Source of the DNA: Calcarisporiella thermophila CBS 279.70
Taxonomy: Eukaryota; Fungi; Calcarisporiellomycota
NCBI RefSeq assembly: GCF_041956535.1
Contig: NW_027192203.1
Location: forward strand, 383,565 to 447,564
Length of the DNA: 64,000 nucleotides
Reading direction: 5' to 3'
The notes under the pieces: model-generated
What the model was told of the DNA's origin: nothing
The model's input: only the letters and a program-made list of their open reading frames with translations
Databases searched by the model: none
Shown: positions 53,302 to 64,000 of the stretch, piece after piece
How the letters are laid out: each line of letters opens with the position of its first letter
Position numbering within the stretch: position 1 is the stretch's first letter
Made by a program: the position numbers and the translations under genes

Positions 53302-55095
53302 TTAAGAAGTTTTACACTTTTTTGCCCTACTTTTTTTCCCCTCGTCCTCCAATGCGTCTCCGTTGCCTGTAGTTGAGTGGTCGTCGCCTGGTTTGCCTTC
53401 ACGCCAATCAACCATGGTTTTGCGTAGGGAATTCATTGGATACAGGTCGGGCAAAGTTTCAACTAAAGGAGTGTTGGTAGGTTAAGCGCACAATATAATT
53501 GATAATAAAAAGGAGATTTCAGCTTATTTACCCAACATTGATCCACTAGAGTTGATTTCGGCCGTTAGCACGTGATCAGGCTCTGCCAATATATATGCAT
53601 TCTATAGTAATAAAAGTGTCAACAACCCTCTCTTGAAACATTTATCAGCTTCCACTGACCTTTTCAGTGTTGTATAGGAACACCCTGACTAAAGGGAAAT
53701 TCATATCTTGATCTTTGGGTGGATTACAAGCAACCCAAAGGTTACCATTTTTGTCGAACTCTCCGTCAGCAATCTCGCCCGTGTTCAGGTTTGGAATCGC
53801 GACTAGGTTAAATGAGCTGATGGCCTCGTCCCACTCAAATACGAGGAACATTGGAAGCCTAGTTAGAATATCGAATAAATACAAGATATTATGAGGAGAT
53901 ACCATTTTAATCAGCCAAACCTCTCAATAAAAACAGCAAGTCGCTTCAAACCAGCGTGAACGCGGATTGCAGTAATGGTCAAGAGAGACTTTCCATCGGG
54001 CACACTCTCCTCATGTTGTTGATTGGCCTCGTCTATATGATTGAAGTTAATCTAAGCCGAAAAGTTAGCTGGAGGCATTTTTCCCATAATGAGAAAGTGT
54101 ATATACATCAGGAATCTTTTCTCGCAAGATATCCAGAATATTCAATTCCTGCGCCTGTTGCCCAACCAAATATTTCCATACGCGAATTGTGTTGTCGCCT
54201 CCACCTGATACAATCAATTCTGGGGCCCAAGGCAATTGGACAAGACTTATAACCACCCTAAAATGATAATGAAAAAAAAATGAGAATTTGACAGTATGCA
54301 GAAGAAACCGACAAGCAAATCTACTTTGTGTGCCCAAGACAATACGACTTGATATTATAGCCTCTTGGGTACAAGCTTACTCGGATATGCTCGTCACGGT
54401 CACAGGTGATCACGTATTTGTTGTCAAAAGACAATATCTACAAATCAAGGCATATCCAACTCAAGAGTTAGTTTAGAGGCACAGAGTAATTAGCATAAAA
54501 GAGTCGGTATACCATGTTAATTATCATCGAAACATGCCCAAGCAAAAGTTCTCCTTCTCCTTCTGTAGCTTCCAGTTTGTGGTTATACACATCTCCAAAC
54601 TTGTCGGCCACCACAACAAAAGTATCGGAATTATCAAAGCAAACAGCCATGGGACGCTTTGCCACAGTCCTATGTAGGAGCATATGCTAAGACGATCAGT
54701 AAAAAAGGCGCGTATCTAAAAGGAATGGGACACGAACCTTGAGTTTTTACACTTCAACTCTCTAACATCCCAGAGTTTCAAGATTTTGTCTTCACCACTA
54801 GTCGCTAGCAGGTTGCCTTGAGTGTTAAAAGCCAATGCGCGGATTTCTTCATTGTGAGAATCGCCCTCGATAAGAGTAGGCTTGGCAGTTGCTCCTTCAC
54901 GCAGAGCGTGTGTGGTGGCAATTAGCCTTCCATTACTACATCATACGAAAACGCTAAGAAAAAAATTCTCGACAATGTTAACCAAAATGGCCAGAGCTAC
55001 CTTGTGTCAAGGATTTGGAACTGATTCCCATACACCAGCACAAGTTTATCCTCGGTCGGATGATGAAGAAATCGCGTGAATGGATGAAGCTTCAT
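53302..55095 (-). CDS. TRM82: tRNA m7G46 methyltransferase WD40 subunit Trm82/WDR4
   Basis: [41 protein letters not shown] and [11 protein letters not shown]. Confidence 0.9.
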
Positions 55096-55624
55096 GGGCT
55101 TATATGGCGGATTGGGCAGTGAGTAGAGAGCACTGTGACTTTGTTGCGAAAGCTTCTTTGGGTAAATAAGCATTCAGAGGGCTTTCAGAAAGAGGCTCTC
55201 CTCCAATCCAAAGAGGGCAAACTCTGCGACTCAAGCTCGCCAATCATTCAGGCCAAAAATGGGAGAGGGAGAGGGGGTAGCACATGTGGATATTCCGGAA
55301 AACAACGACAAACACCGCTGATATCTGTAAGGTGTGGACCCGTAAGAAAATGTGGTTCCTGCATTGCCCATTAATGGTCGTGTCGTGCTAAAAGGAAACA
55401 AAGCTAAGGATGAGTCGACAGCCGAATCAACCGCCGGTTTCCTCTTCTTACACAAGGGCGTGACACCAAAGAGGATATGCACTGAATAAGCCACGTTTTT
55501 TTTGTCGAACAAAAAAGACCCTTGGCTGCCCCTTTTTTCCTTTCTTTTTTCTCTAGCTCTGCGCTTTGCGCTTCCCAATCTTCTCTCCTCCCCCGCCATC
55601 CTCTGCTGCATTCCGCCCGCAATC

Positions 55625-56451
55625 ATGTCCGAAAGGTGGTCTATCATCGACTCCCGCGGCAACAAGGTCAGCCTGCTCAACGAATGCACGGACGACCCTG
55701 CGCCGTCCCTGCAGCATTATTCACCCCCCATGTATCACCACCACCATCAGCACCACGCTCAATCGCCCTACTATCCTCAGCCCAGGTATCCAGAGGGATG
55801 GAGCGCGTACAATTCCTACAACCTCCACCCGCAATCCTCCAGCAGCAACTTTTACTCTCCCTCTAGCGCACGCTATTCTCCTCCAAACTATACAAACAGA
55901 ATGCCCACGGAATCATCCCCAAAGAGAAAGTACTTCTGCTCCCATCCGGGGTGTGGAAAGAGCTTCACAACAAGGTACTTACCTGATCATTCTTGTACAG
56001 CATGATTGCTCCCCCTTCATGCTGATGAATGTGGCATTTATTTAGCGGCCATCTTGCCCGGCATAACCGCGTGCACACCGGCGAGAAGAACTATGCCTGT
56101 TTGATGCCAGGATGCTCCTCGCGCTTCTCTCGACAAGACAATATGTGGCAACACTACAGTAATATTTTGATTTTCCGATTCTGTTTATTTCCCCCTTTTC
56201 TTAACATCTCCTATCTTCTGTACATTCTAGAAACCCACCTCTCCTCGAAGTCTCGCCGAGGAAACAATCGCCTAAAGGTCAAGTCTCCTGAGGTAGGACC
56301 CGAAAAAGAACAGGTTACCAACCAATCAAGCCATCCGACTGAAGCGTTAGCCCCGTCGGACGATGCGTCTACTAAAACTAAGAGCTCAGGTAACAAAAAG
56401 AGTGCTTCAGATCTGACGCAGTTGGCGGAGGTGGCTAGTGCTTTTGGCTGA
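55625..56451 (+). CDS. NRG1: Nrg1-like C2H2 zinc-finger transcriptional repressor
   Basis: [52 protein letters not shown]. Confidence 0.85.
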
Positions 56452-57060
56452 GATTTTTGATTTTAAATCTTGAAAAGTAAATGCAAAAACTACAGTAGTT
56501 TAGCCTTTTTTTATTGTACTATATTATTTTTTAGCTGTAACATAACCATACTTTACCATTATTTCTTTGGTTTAGCGCAATATCAGAACCAAATTTCTGA
56601 ATGTTTTTTTTTTATTTATGCCTCTACCGTGTGATGAGTATTTATCTCTACCTTTACCTCTACATCAACATCTACATATATATGTGAACCTGTCTATTCT
56701 CGAATAAAGACTCTACTCGGGCCGCGGATTTGCGCTGCATCTTTGGAAAGGATGACACCATGACTCGAGCCATTAACAAATCCCCAGAGTCTTGATTGGC
56801 CATATTTGGAAATGATGATATAACATTTAAGGTTATGCTACTGCGTCACTTCGTCTCGATTTCTGTTGATCAAGAATTCAGAGCAGTTTTTCTGACTACT
56901 ATCAATAACTTCTAGGTGATATGGTTGCAACCCCCCTTCTAAAGAAGCAAAAAATAAAGCATAGGAGCGATTTAATATAGAGTACTAACAGCTTCACATT
57001 ATACAGTTGGCAAAATATGCTATTGATTTTTCAGCAATTTTACAAACTGGTCGTTGTGCT

Positions 57061-59761
57061 CTATTTCGAAAAAAAAGAAGAGATGAGTTTGGTTCTCTCT
57101 GTAGGATATTGAATGGTCGTGCTAGCATGTCTGTCAACGTGATAAGTCATTTCGAGCATACTCGGAGGAATAAGGAGGGTCCTGGAGTGAATTATTTCCT
57201 CAAACTCGCTCAACAACCTATCCGTGAAAGCAAATGAGCGACTGTTGTATATAATCATACAGCTGGGAACCCCAGATATCCTTTGGATGGGTCCAAGCGG
57301 AAGAGATCCTCCCACCGCAAGATCCATGTTATTGAGTGATATATAAAGATTAAGATGTCTTGGAGGAGGGTCCATAAACCAATCCTTAACCATCAACTCC
57401 ATTGACCAGATAGTGGAACTAACTTCAACTGGCAATTCGTCCTCCCGAACATTTACATTTACGGCAATACAGGAGAAGTCACCGTTTGGTAGGCGAACAG
57501 GAATAATAAGATCAACTGGTCTATCCCCGCGCACTAAGGTGATAGCTGTTCGGCGTTGCCAGGACTTATTTAACAGCTCCTCATCTGGATCCTGGTCAGA
57601 AAGCGAGGGACCATGCTCAGAGTTGCAATACGGTGAGCAAAAGTGGTTGAATGCTACCTGCCCTTTTAAAAATTCTGCTTCACCATTGGGGTTCTCATAT
57701 AGGTGTTCCGTGTCATCTGCCTTCACCATTGCGAGCAGCCTATCAGATGCCTCTTTTATAAAGCCGACTCTATTTCAATATATCAAATGTAAGCTCGGTG
57801 TATTGATTGAAGCAAAGATTAGCGCTCTACCTGTTTGGGCTAGGACTAGTATTTTTTGTGTCGCCAGCAAGCCCCTTATTCTCCAGTACCAACGAGGAAA
57901 GAAAATCTTGCACACTGACTGGTTCACAGAACGATATCTCCACAAGTGAAGTATATTTCGCCTGACATGCTTTCTGCATTGCCCTTATCAGAGCTATACG
58001 AGCAATTGATACTTTACATTCGCCGGAGTTAGCAATGCCCTCCGACATTCCTTTAGACAACCAGTGTATATCTCTAGACCATCTCTCTTCGACGTTATAG
58101 TAAGCGAGCGCTCCCGCTGCAAGGGCCGGCTCTGACGGATATGTAATGTATATTTCAGACCGATCAGGTGAACTTTCAAGTACTGTAGCCATATGTTCAG
58201 CCACCAACTTTCTTGCTAACTCTGCGCCAGGGGAAAGCTTTATGGCAGTAAGACAAGAAAGTCGAGCGAGCGCTCCTTCCATTGTGTTTCCGTGGTTTTC
58301 ATCAAGTTTTGCTGATGCCAAATTTAGCAAATCGCAAAGGTTGCTAGCATCTTTTACCAGTGCTCCAAATAGTGGACGACCGAATTTCACAAGTTGCAGC
58401 GGCGTAGGACATTCAGAATAAGCATCAGGCACTAAAGCATCCTTTGTGGCAATATCAAAAAAAGGTTGGAAATGTGTGAAGTTCACTTCTCTCGCTAAAT
58501 CATCATTTTCGAACGTCGAGAAAATGTCACCAATCCTGCTGTCAGAACTGAGGCATACTGAAAAAAAGCCTTCCCATTTGATTGAATGAATCGCGCGGAG
58601 CCACATACGGAACTTAACATTACGGTCTGCCGGAACTCGATACTCCGCTTCATCAAAAAGCATATGAGCTTCATCAATGCAACAAAGTAGTTTGATCTCT
58701 TCTTTATCGCGATTATTGCCAAAAAGCTTGAGTACAAAAGCCCCATCGCTGAGTCTTTCTGTCAACTCCTCCGTCTCTGTTGAGCTGTAGCTGTTTGATG
58801 AATATAATATGACTCATATGAAGCAACTAGAATCTAGTATCTAATAAGTTGATAGAGGATTACACTTACCCTTCGTATCTCTTCAGAACCTTTTCCCAGA
58901 AGTTGGTGCAAGCTGTGCGATCGTATATCTGCATCCTCCAAAACTCACCGGGATTCAACCCGCAATCTCTGACTTCCTGGGCCGCAGCTAACATTATTAA
59001 CGAAAAGTGCTGCACTTTTGAGGCTGTGAAGTCTATGTATTGAGCATTTTCGCAACCCAATATAGAAAAAATGTATTCAGCTTGAGGAGAAGCGGGTGGG
59101 TAGCCAGACGAAGTGCGTGCTCGGTTGCAAATATAGATGACGTGGATCTCTCTGGCAAGCTCAGCAATCATGCGTGTTTTACCGTACCCTGAGCTCTGCA
59201 CTATCGGTATAAACGGAGCGATAGTGACAGACTGTTGGTTTCTTTTTCGGTGGCACCAATATAGGTATTTTTTAAAATGCTCCAATGCATTATTGGGATC
59301 CTGATACTGCATATTGAACGCTTCGTCCATCGCAAATTCATAATCTGCAGACCTAGAGCATGTGTTGGTTGATACTAATAGAGCTACAGCAGTAGAGATA
59401 ATCAGCGGAGGTCACAAGGCATTCTGGAGTACTTTTAAAAACCTTCTAATTCCTCTTTATTGTTTTCCTCTTCTTTCAGTTGGGCCTTCAGTGCATCAAT
59501 CTGAGACTTTGCTCCTTCATTTCCTTTAAGTTCTTCAAGGAGGCGGATTGCCCCTAAAATAAGAAAGGAGATGAGTGAAAATTAATACATAATATGATTA
59601 TTCTATTTACCTCTATATCTTTCAATATTGTTGCTCACATCTCGAAGATTGCGCTCAAGATTATGCTTTTTGGAAGCGGTTGAAACCTGAGGACTATGAC
59701 TACGTTTACCAGCAACTCTAGAATTCTCCGCTTTGGCCAACTGAGGATTTTGATCTTGCAT
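57061..59761 (-). CDS. Coiled-coil + P-loop NTPase + PD-(D/E)XK-like nuclease protein (Crinkler C-terminal type), paralog 1; nuclease motifs degenerate
   Basis: IVQSSGYGKTR (Walker A), CCIDEAH (Walker B), FGRPLF, YPSEPALA, QVAFNHF and VDLIIPV. About 5 exons, start MQDQNPQ. Confidence 0.8.
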
Positions 59762-61249
59762 ATATGCCTTGAGATTATGAATAGCTTAGATTCTCAGCAT
59801 TAAACTCCAATGAGGTATGCTAAATGTATTGCTCTACAAATTTACCGCAATATCTTGTTTGCCTTGTTAAAATACAAATGAAAAAAAAACGCCCTTTTGC
59901 CGATATAACTGCTTGCCTTTTTATAAGTTGAAACAATACTCGTCTTTGTCACCTAAAACAAAGAAAACCTTCGATTTAGTGTCCCTGCGTCCTTAATCCT
60001 ATAGGCAATTCTATAATTGGAGTGATTCCAAAATTGGCCATGAATTGAAGCGCAGATTTGAAAACTGGACAATCAATCAACGTCATCCGCATCCTTTTAA
60101 TATCTCCTTATGCAATACAATGGCGACTTCAAATAATCTAAAACCTGAGCCTACCAATTACCCCAACATTTACCTTATGCATATTCCAAAACTTATCATG
60201 GAGCTCATTTTATATTTCAAGATAATTATTTCTAGAGGCACTTTTTATCCACAATATAGCCCCAATAAACCCTAATATATGATGTTAAAGAAGGTTGCAA
60301 CCGCGTTTGAAAAAGAGAATATCGCATAAATAGAGTACCATCGCTCTACTGCAATATTCATTTATTCCCTTTGAGGATACCAATCTTTGCTTATGAACCC
60401 TTATCCTATGTCCATAATTTCACCTTTGATTTGCTTCTTGTGTATGGATATGAAATTTATAATTATCAAAGCCAGGAGAGTCAAGGAATCCTTAGGAGTC
60501 TGCCAAGAGAATGGGACGGTTGTCCTGGATTAAACTAACCTCATAGGTTCCAGTTAAGGTTGGAGTGTTGAGTCTTGCAGGTGGAATCCTCTCAGTACTA
60601 ACAAGTTTTTGCCTGACGCCCGATTATCGAAATTGTTAAGTAACCATATTAACCAAGAAAATAATTTTTGGCCCCTTCCTGGAATATTTCATAATGTTTA
60701 TTAATATTCTAGGCATTTTTTTTTGTTGGCATATATCGTAAGATATTCAGATGCATCTAGTCGAAAAGATGTATAGAGATTTTGCAAAATGACAACCAAA
60801 ATTGATTAATTCAGAGATGCCAGATGAATTTAACGAGTGTAAAAATGGGATAATGTAAATTATAATGCAGAGATTTACCTTTAGCGTTAATATTATTGTT
60901 GTGAATTAAGGACAGAGCTGTAGGTCTGACACTACACTAACCTTATCGTGATTTCGATACATTGCACATAAAAAAACACGTGATTTTTAAAAGCCATACT
61001 AACATTCAGATAAGAATTATTGAAATCTTAGAATCTCCAGGACATCTTCTTCGATGGGCATGAGAGAAACTTCGATCAATTAGTACTCTCTGAGCCAGAG
61101 ATCTTATCGAGTATTATTTCTGTTAACGAATTTACCCTAACACAAAGAGTATTACTTTTATTTATGCCGCGCTACTTTTTGACCCCTAATTAAGCATCTA
61201 CGACATACATGAATTAGCATTCATGTTATCTTGTAGCACTCACGATGCT

Positions 61250-61438
61250 GATTTCGACAGAAATTGAGGGAATTTGAGGAGTATGTTTTCGAAATTTACA
61301 GGCAAGGGCGACTTGTAGAAAAGAGCTAGCATCGTCTGGGAATTCATTCCAAAAGATGTTTGTGAAATGCTTATTAGCAAGATGCCTGAAAGGGTAAAAG
61401 TCGTCCTTGAAGCCAAAGGGGAATATACCATATTGTGA
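61250..61438 (+). mobile_element. Degenerate Tc1/mariner transposase C-terminal remnant
   Basis: DL*KRASIVWEFIPKDVCEMLISKMPERVKVVLEAKGEYTIL* matches the Tc1 C-terminal consensus W..IP......L..SMP.R...V..AKG..T. Confidence 0.75.
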
Positions 61439-61719
61439 TCCAAGTGCATTATATTTATGTTGAAGCTTGGACTTTGTTTATTATGTCTTTACCGAGAATG
61501 GAATAAAAAAAGTATAAACCTATCTAAAACTTCAATAAGCAATTTACTAAAATTTCCAGGTTAAAAGATTAATTTTCCTATTGACAGATAATCTATTGTA
61601 TAGGTAATAAAAGCTCGTACAAATGGGATTTTATAATATACAATTATTGTTTATATTGGGGTTGTTTATAAAGAAAAAATCAAGTTGAAGTATAATTAGT
61701 TTAATCACAAGCGATTATT

Positions 61720-61890
61720 TAATATGGTAGATCCCTGTTTTGATGGAACGTACTACTGTAAATCTAATAAAGTATCAAAACATCAGAGGCATCTGAAAAG
61801 TTATTTCACCTTAGTAATTCCTTGGTACTCTATCACTCGATTCAGTGCCATCTACCTTAAATTTCTTTTTGAACACAAACCGCATTTTAA
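61720..61890 (-). mobile_element. Possible Ty1/copia reverse transcriptase remnant
   Basis: Minus-strand KMRFVFKKKFKVDGT resembles copia RT KWVFKxKxxxDG; followed by stop codons. Confidence 0.4.
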
Positions 61891-62044
61891 ACTAAGATTC
61901 TCTGTAGCTCACAATCTAGCCGTTCCTTGAGTACTTTTCTGTTCAATTTTGTGCTATCTACATTAGCGATCTAGAATTGGTTGATTTTACAAGTTGCTAA
62001 TTAACGTAACTTCTCGTTTTTTTACTTTTTACTTTTGCAATTTA

Positions 62045-62421
62045 TTTTGAGCACTTTGTCCACCATGATCGAGTCTTGAGCTGAGAGTCTTAGAATATTA
62101 ATGTCCTTCCTGACAATCATTTGCTATACAATTCAGTGTTGATAATCTATCTATCAATCGATCCATCGAATTCATGTTACAAAATCCATCATAACGATGT
62201 TCTAGGTTGCCAATAGGGAAATATCAAGGTGATATTTGAGAGCTTATAATAGCATTCTTCTTCTAGATACGCTTTTTACCTCTTTCGATCATGTAAATCT
62301 GTTAATGGACTATCTTTTCCTTATAATATCTTAATTGGATGTTTGTGTATTCTTGATCGAATTCATTTCTCTTTAATATTCCCTCGTAATAATCACATAA
62401 ACTCTTGAATAATGCACGCAT
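62045..62421 (-). mobile_element. Possible Ty3/gypsy integrase remnant
   Basis: Fragmented minus-strand FDQEYTNIQLRYY, T*NIVMMDFVT* and IMVDKVLK resemble HFG..KT.....YYW, PW..ISMDFVT and VVVDRLSK. Confidence 0.4.
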
Positions 62422-62521
62422 TTCTTATTAAATGATGTTTGGAGCTATAATCTAAAGAATATGCGTGCAAATAAAATGCTGCATTACATTTTGAACAAAA
62501 ATATAATCACTATAACGAGCA

Positions 62522-64000
62522 CTAAATTTTGAGAAATGAATAGATAAAATTTGCCCTGTTTATCGGCTCCCATAATGCCCTATCAACCATTCTGTCATCA
62601 TGATATGTCGCTCTATGTAAGTACTTTGGAATAGCCAGGAGCCGAGAGTCAATTGATTTCTCTATCTCACTCAGCAGCCAATCAGTGAAAGCAAATGAGC
62701 GGTAGTTGCATATGAACAAAAAGCTAGGAACACCAGAAATTTTAAGAATTTGTGCTATTGGTATGGACCCTCCTACCGCAATTGTTGCGTTTTTCAGAGA
62801 AATATAGAGGTTAAGATGCCTAGGAGGAGGATCTTTAAACCAGCTTCTCACTTTCAGCTCCATTGCCCAGATAATGGAACTGATTTCATTTGGCGTAACT
62901 ACAAGCCGGTTTTTAACTTGTACAGCAATACAAGAAAAACCACCGGTTTGTAGACGGACGGGAATAGCGAGATCAACTGCTTTATACCCGTGTCGCAGAG
63001 TGATAGCTGCTCGACGCTGCCAGCATACTTTTAAAAGATCCTCATCTGGATCTCGGCCAGAAAGCGAAGGACCACTGGCAGAATTGCAATAAAGAGAAAG
63101 AAAGTGGTTGAATGCAACCTGCCCTTGATAAAAACTTGCTTCACTGCTGAGATCCGCATCCGCGTATTCTATACTATCTTCCGTAACCATCGCGTGGAGC
63201 TTAGCATACACTTTCTTTATAAAGTCGATTTTTTTTCTATGAATCAGACATAAATTTAGTGTATATGGGCTGCAACAAAAATTCCGTTTCTACCTGTTAG
63301 ACTTCTAATCAATTCTAATATTGCATGCAAGCCTATTCTTCTCCAACACTAGTGAGGAGAGAAACTGCTTCACAGTGACTGGTTCACAGAACGATATATC
63401 CACAAGTGTTTTATAATTAGCCTGGCAGGCCTTCTGCATTGCTCTTAGCAATACTATACGAGTGGCCGCTTCTCCACATTCGCCTGAGTCAGCAAAACCC
63501 TCAGACAATGCTTCAGCCAGCCGGTGAATATCACTTGTCCATATATCTTCGTTTCTATAATGTTTAAGAGCTCCTGCTGCAAGAACAGGCTCAGATGGAT
63601 ATATAACATAAATATTACATCGATCGGGTGAAACTCCGAGGGCAGTGGCCATATGGTCGGCCATCAACAAATCGGCTAGTTCTGCTTTAGGAGTTAGTTT
63701 AATTGCGGCTAGACAAGCTAGTCGAGCAAGTGCTGCCTTCATTGTGTCTCCATGTACCACAGTTCCGTCGAGCTTCTCTGCAGCTAATTTCAACACCTCC
63801 GGAAGATAGCTTGCATCCTTTGCCAATGCTCCAAAGAGTGGGCGACCATATCGTACAAGTTGTAGCGGAGTAGGACATTCGGGACGAATATCAGGTACAA
63901 GGACATCTTTCGTTGCCACATCGACAAAGGGCTGGAAATGTGTGAAGCCCACTTCACGAGCAGAGAAATCATGATGGAATATCGGGAAAAAATCCCCAAG
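62522..64000 (-). CDS. NTPase + PD-(D/E)XK nuclease paralog 2 (5' part beyond the window edge; in-frame TAG at 63305-63307, possible pseudogene)
   Basis: Colinear with paralog 1 (FTHFQPF, YGRPLF, YPSEPVLA, GECGEAATR, QVAFNHF, AVDLAIPV, IAVQVKN) and the same last-intron position. Confidence 0.75.

Noticed and set aside
57061-59761. Canonical secreted Crinkler effector or classical NACHT/NB-ARC NLR
   Set aside because: No LFLAK/HVLV motifs, no signal peptide and no C-terminal WD/ANK/TPR repeats.
60340-60480. Possible gypsy RT fragment (RLVSSKGIK) on the minus strand
   Set aside because: Too short and degenerate to support.
1-64000. Many 60-180 aa antisense or overlapping ORFs in the ORF track (e.g. 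6887..7390, 16085..16555, 41230..41751, 57413..57949)
   Set aside because: They are shadows of real coding exons on the opposite strand or in another frame and have no independent motifs.
1-64000. rRNA, tRNA, CRISPR arrays or prokaryotic operons
   Set aside because: None was recognisable by eye and the sequence is spliced eukaryotic DNA. tRNAscan-SE or Infernal would be needed to exclude small RNAs.

Overview
Intron-rich eukaryotic DNA, most likely from an early-diverging fungus (Mucoromycota- or Zoopagomycota-like gene content; this is an inference). Bases 1-56.5 kb are gene-dense and mostly housekeeping: CK2 alpha, a PI-PLC-X protein, gluconokinase, a Yra1-like RRM protein, a CINP-like protein, MKT1, a Zn2Cys6 TF, ATG10, EGT1, MED31, a USP, two C2H2 TFs, a Cu(+) P1B-ATPase, a SEL1-repeat protein, CWC25, the P5B-ATPase YPK9, VTI1, a GT15 mannosyltransferase, a copper-fist TF, CCA1 and TRM82. 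There are also several orphan genes. The last ~7.5 kb is an AT-rich accessory region with two tandem paralogs of a P-loop NTPase plus PD-(D/E)XK-like nuclease (Crinkler C-terminal type), separated by decayed transposon fragments. The two paralogs appear disarmed in different ways. Copy 1 is a full-length ORF with the putative nuclease catalytic motifs replaced. Copy 2 keeps the motifs but has an in-frame TAG just before the nuclease exon. Exon boundaries were read by eye and are approximate unless stated, and family assignments come from motif recognition, not database searches.
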